Shown here: positions 63,843 to 64,000 of the stretch, one piece after another
Numbering within the stretch: the first letter of the stretch is position 1
How the letters are laid out: every line of letters starts with the position of its first letter
Assembly: GCA_963824995.1 (NCBI GenBank)
Contig: CAWGRK010000007.1
Location: 62,001 to 126,000 of the forward strand
Reading direction: 5' to 3'
Source: an uncultured Actinomycetes bacterium
Lineage (GTDB): Bacteria > Actinomycetota > Acidimicrobiia > Spongiisociales > DATADW01
Length of the DNA: 64,000 nt
Translations under genes and position numbers: made by a program
The notes under the pieces: model-generated
Database searches by the model: none
Seen by the model: only the letters and a program-made list of their open reading frames with translations
Told to the model about the DNA's origin: nothing

Positions 63843-64000
63843 ATGACCGAACCCTCCTGGGACCGCCTCGACTCCTGGTGGCGAGAGGAGGCTGAGCGCG
63901 ACCCCGAGTACCGATCGGAGATCTGGCCGCTGGTCATCGAACTGCTCGAGCCCGAGCCGGACCATCGCTATCTCGACCTGGGTTGCGGGTCGGGTGCGGT
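63843..64000 (+). CDS. class I SAM-dependent methyltransferase (3' truncated by the window)
   Basis: MTEPSWDRL...YLDLGCGSG motif I. Confidence 0.75.
   Translation, partial: MTEPSWDRLDSWWREEAERDPEYRSEIWPLVIELLEPEPDHRYLDLGCGSGA

Overview
High-GC actinobacterial chromosome segment. Gene content (SepF/DivIVA without FtsA, polA-rpsA-coaE-uvrB synteny, many leaderless promoters) suggests an Acidimicrobiia-like lineage, but that is an inference. It is mostly core genome: the dcw division/cell-wall cluster (murE end to divIVA), an inverted type-2 ileS, a DksA-like gene, lspA, rluD, two tandem phosphofructokinases, a rhomboid protease, dnaE, a HAD hydrolase, an ArsA/Get3-like pair, a class III cyclase, thyX, transporters, nth, ccdA, trpE-ygfZ-trpCFBA, tRNA-Leu(CAA), polA, rpsA, coaE, uvrB, a GT2 and uvrA. 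A ~9 kb accessory Tad/Flp pilus module with its own NarL-type two-component system lies between rpsA and coaE. About 15 single-base indels break genes, including essential ones, and are best read as sequencing or assembly errors. The most notable non-coding signals are: (1) a candidate ~115-nt rod-shaped sRNA with a C-rich loop and its own promoter, between trpA and tRNA-Leu; (2) a sigma28/WhiG-like promoter on the tad operon plus a palindromic operator in front of flp; (3) matching PafBC/RecA-NDp-like promoters on uvrA and uvrB; (4) a LexA box on an unknown coiled-coil gene upstream of polA; (5) FtsR-like inverted sites before ftsZ; (6) two families of intergenic heptamer tandem repeats. All calls were made by eye; no searches were run.
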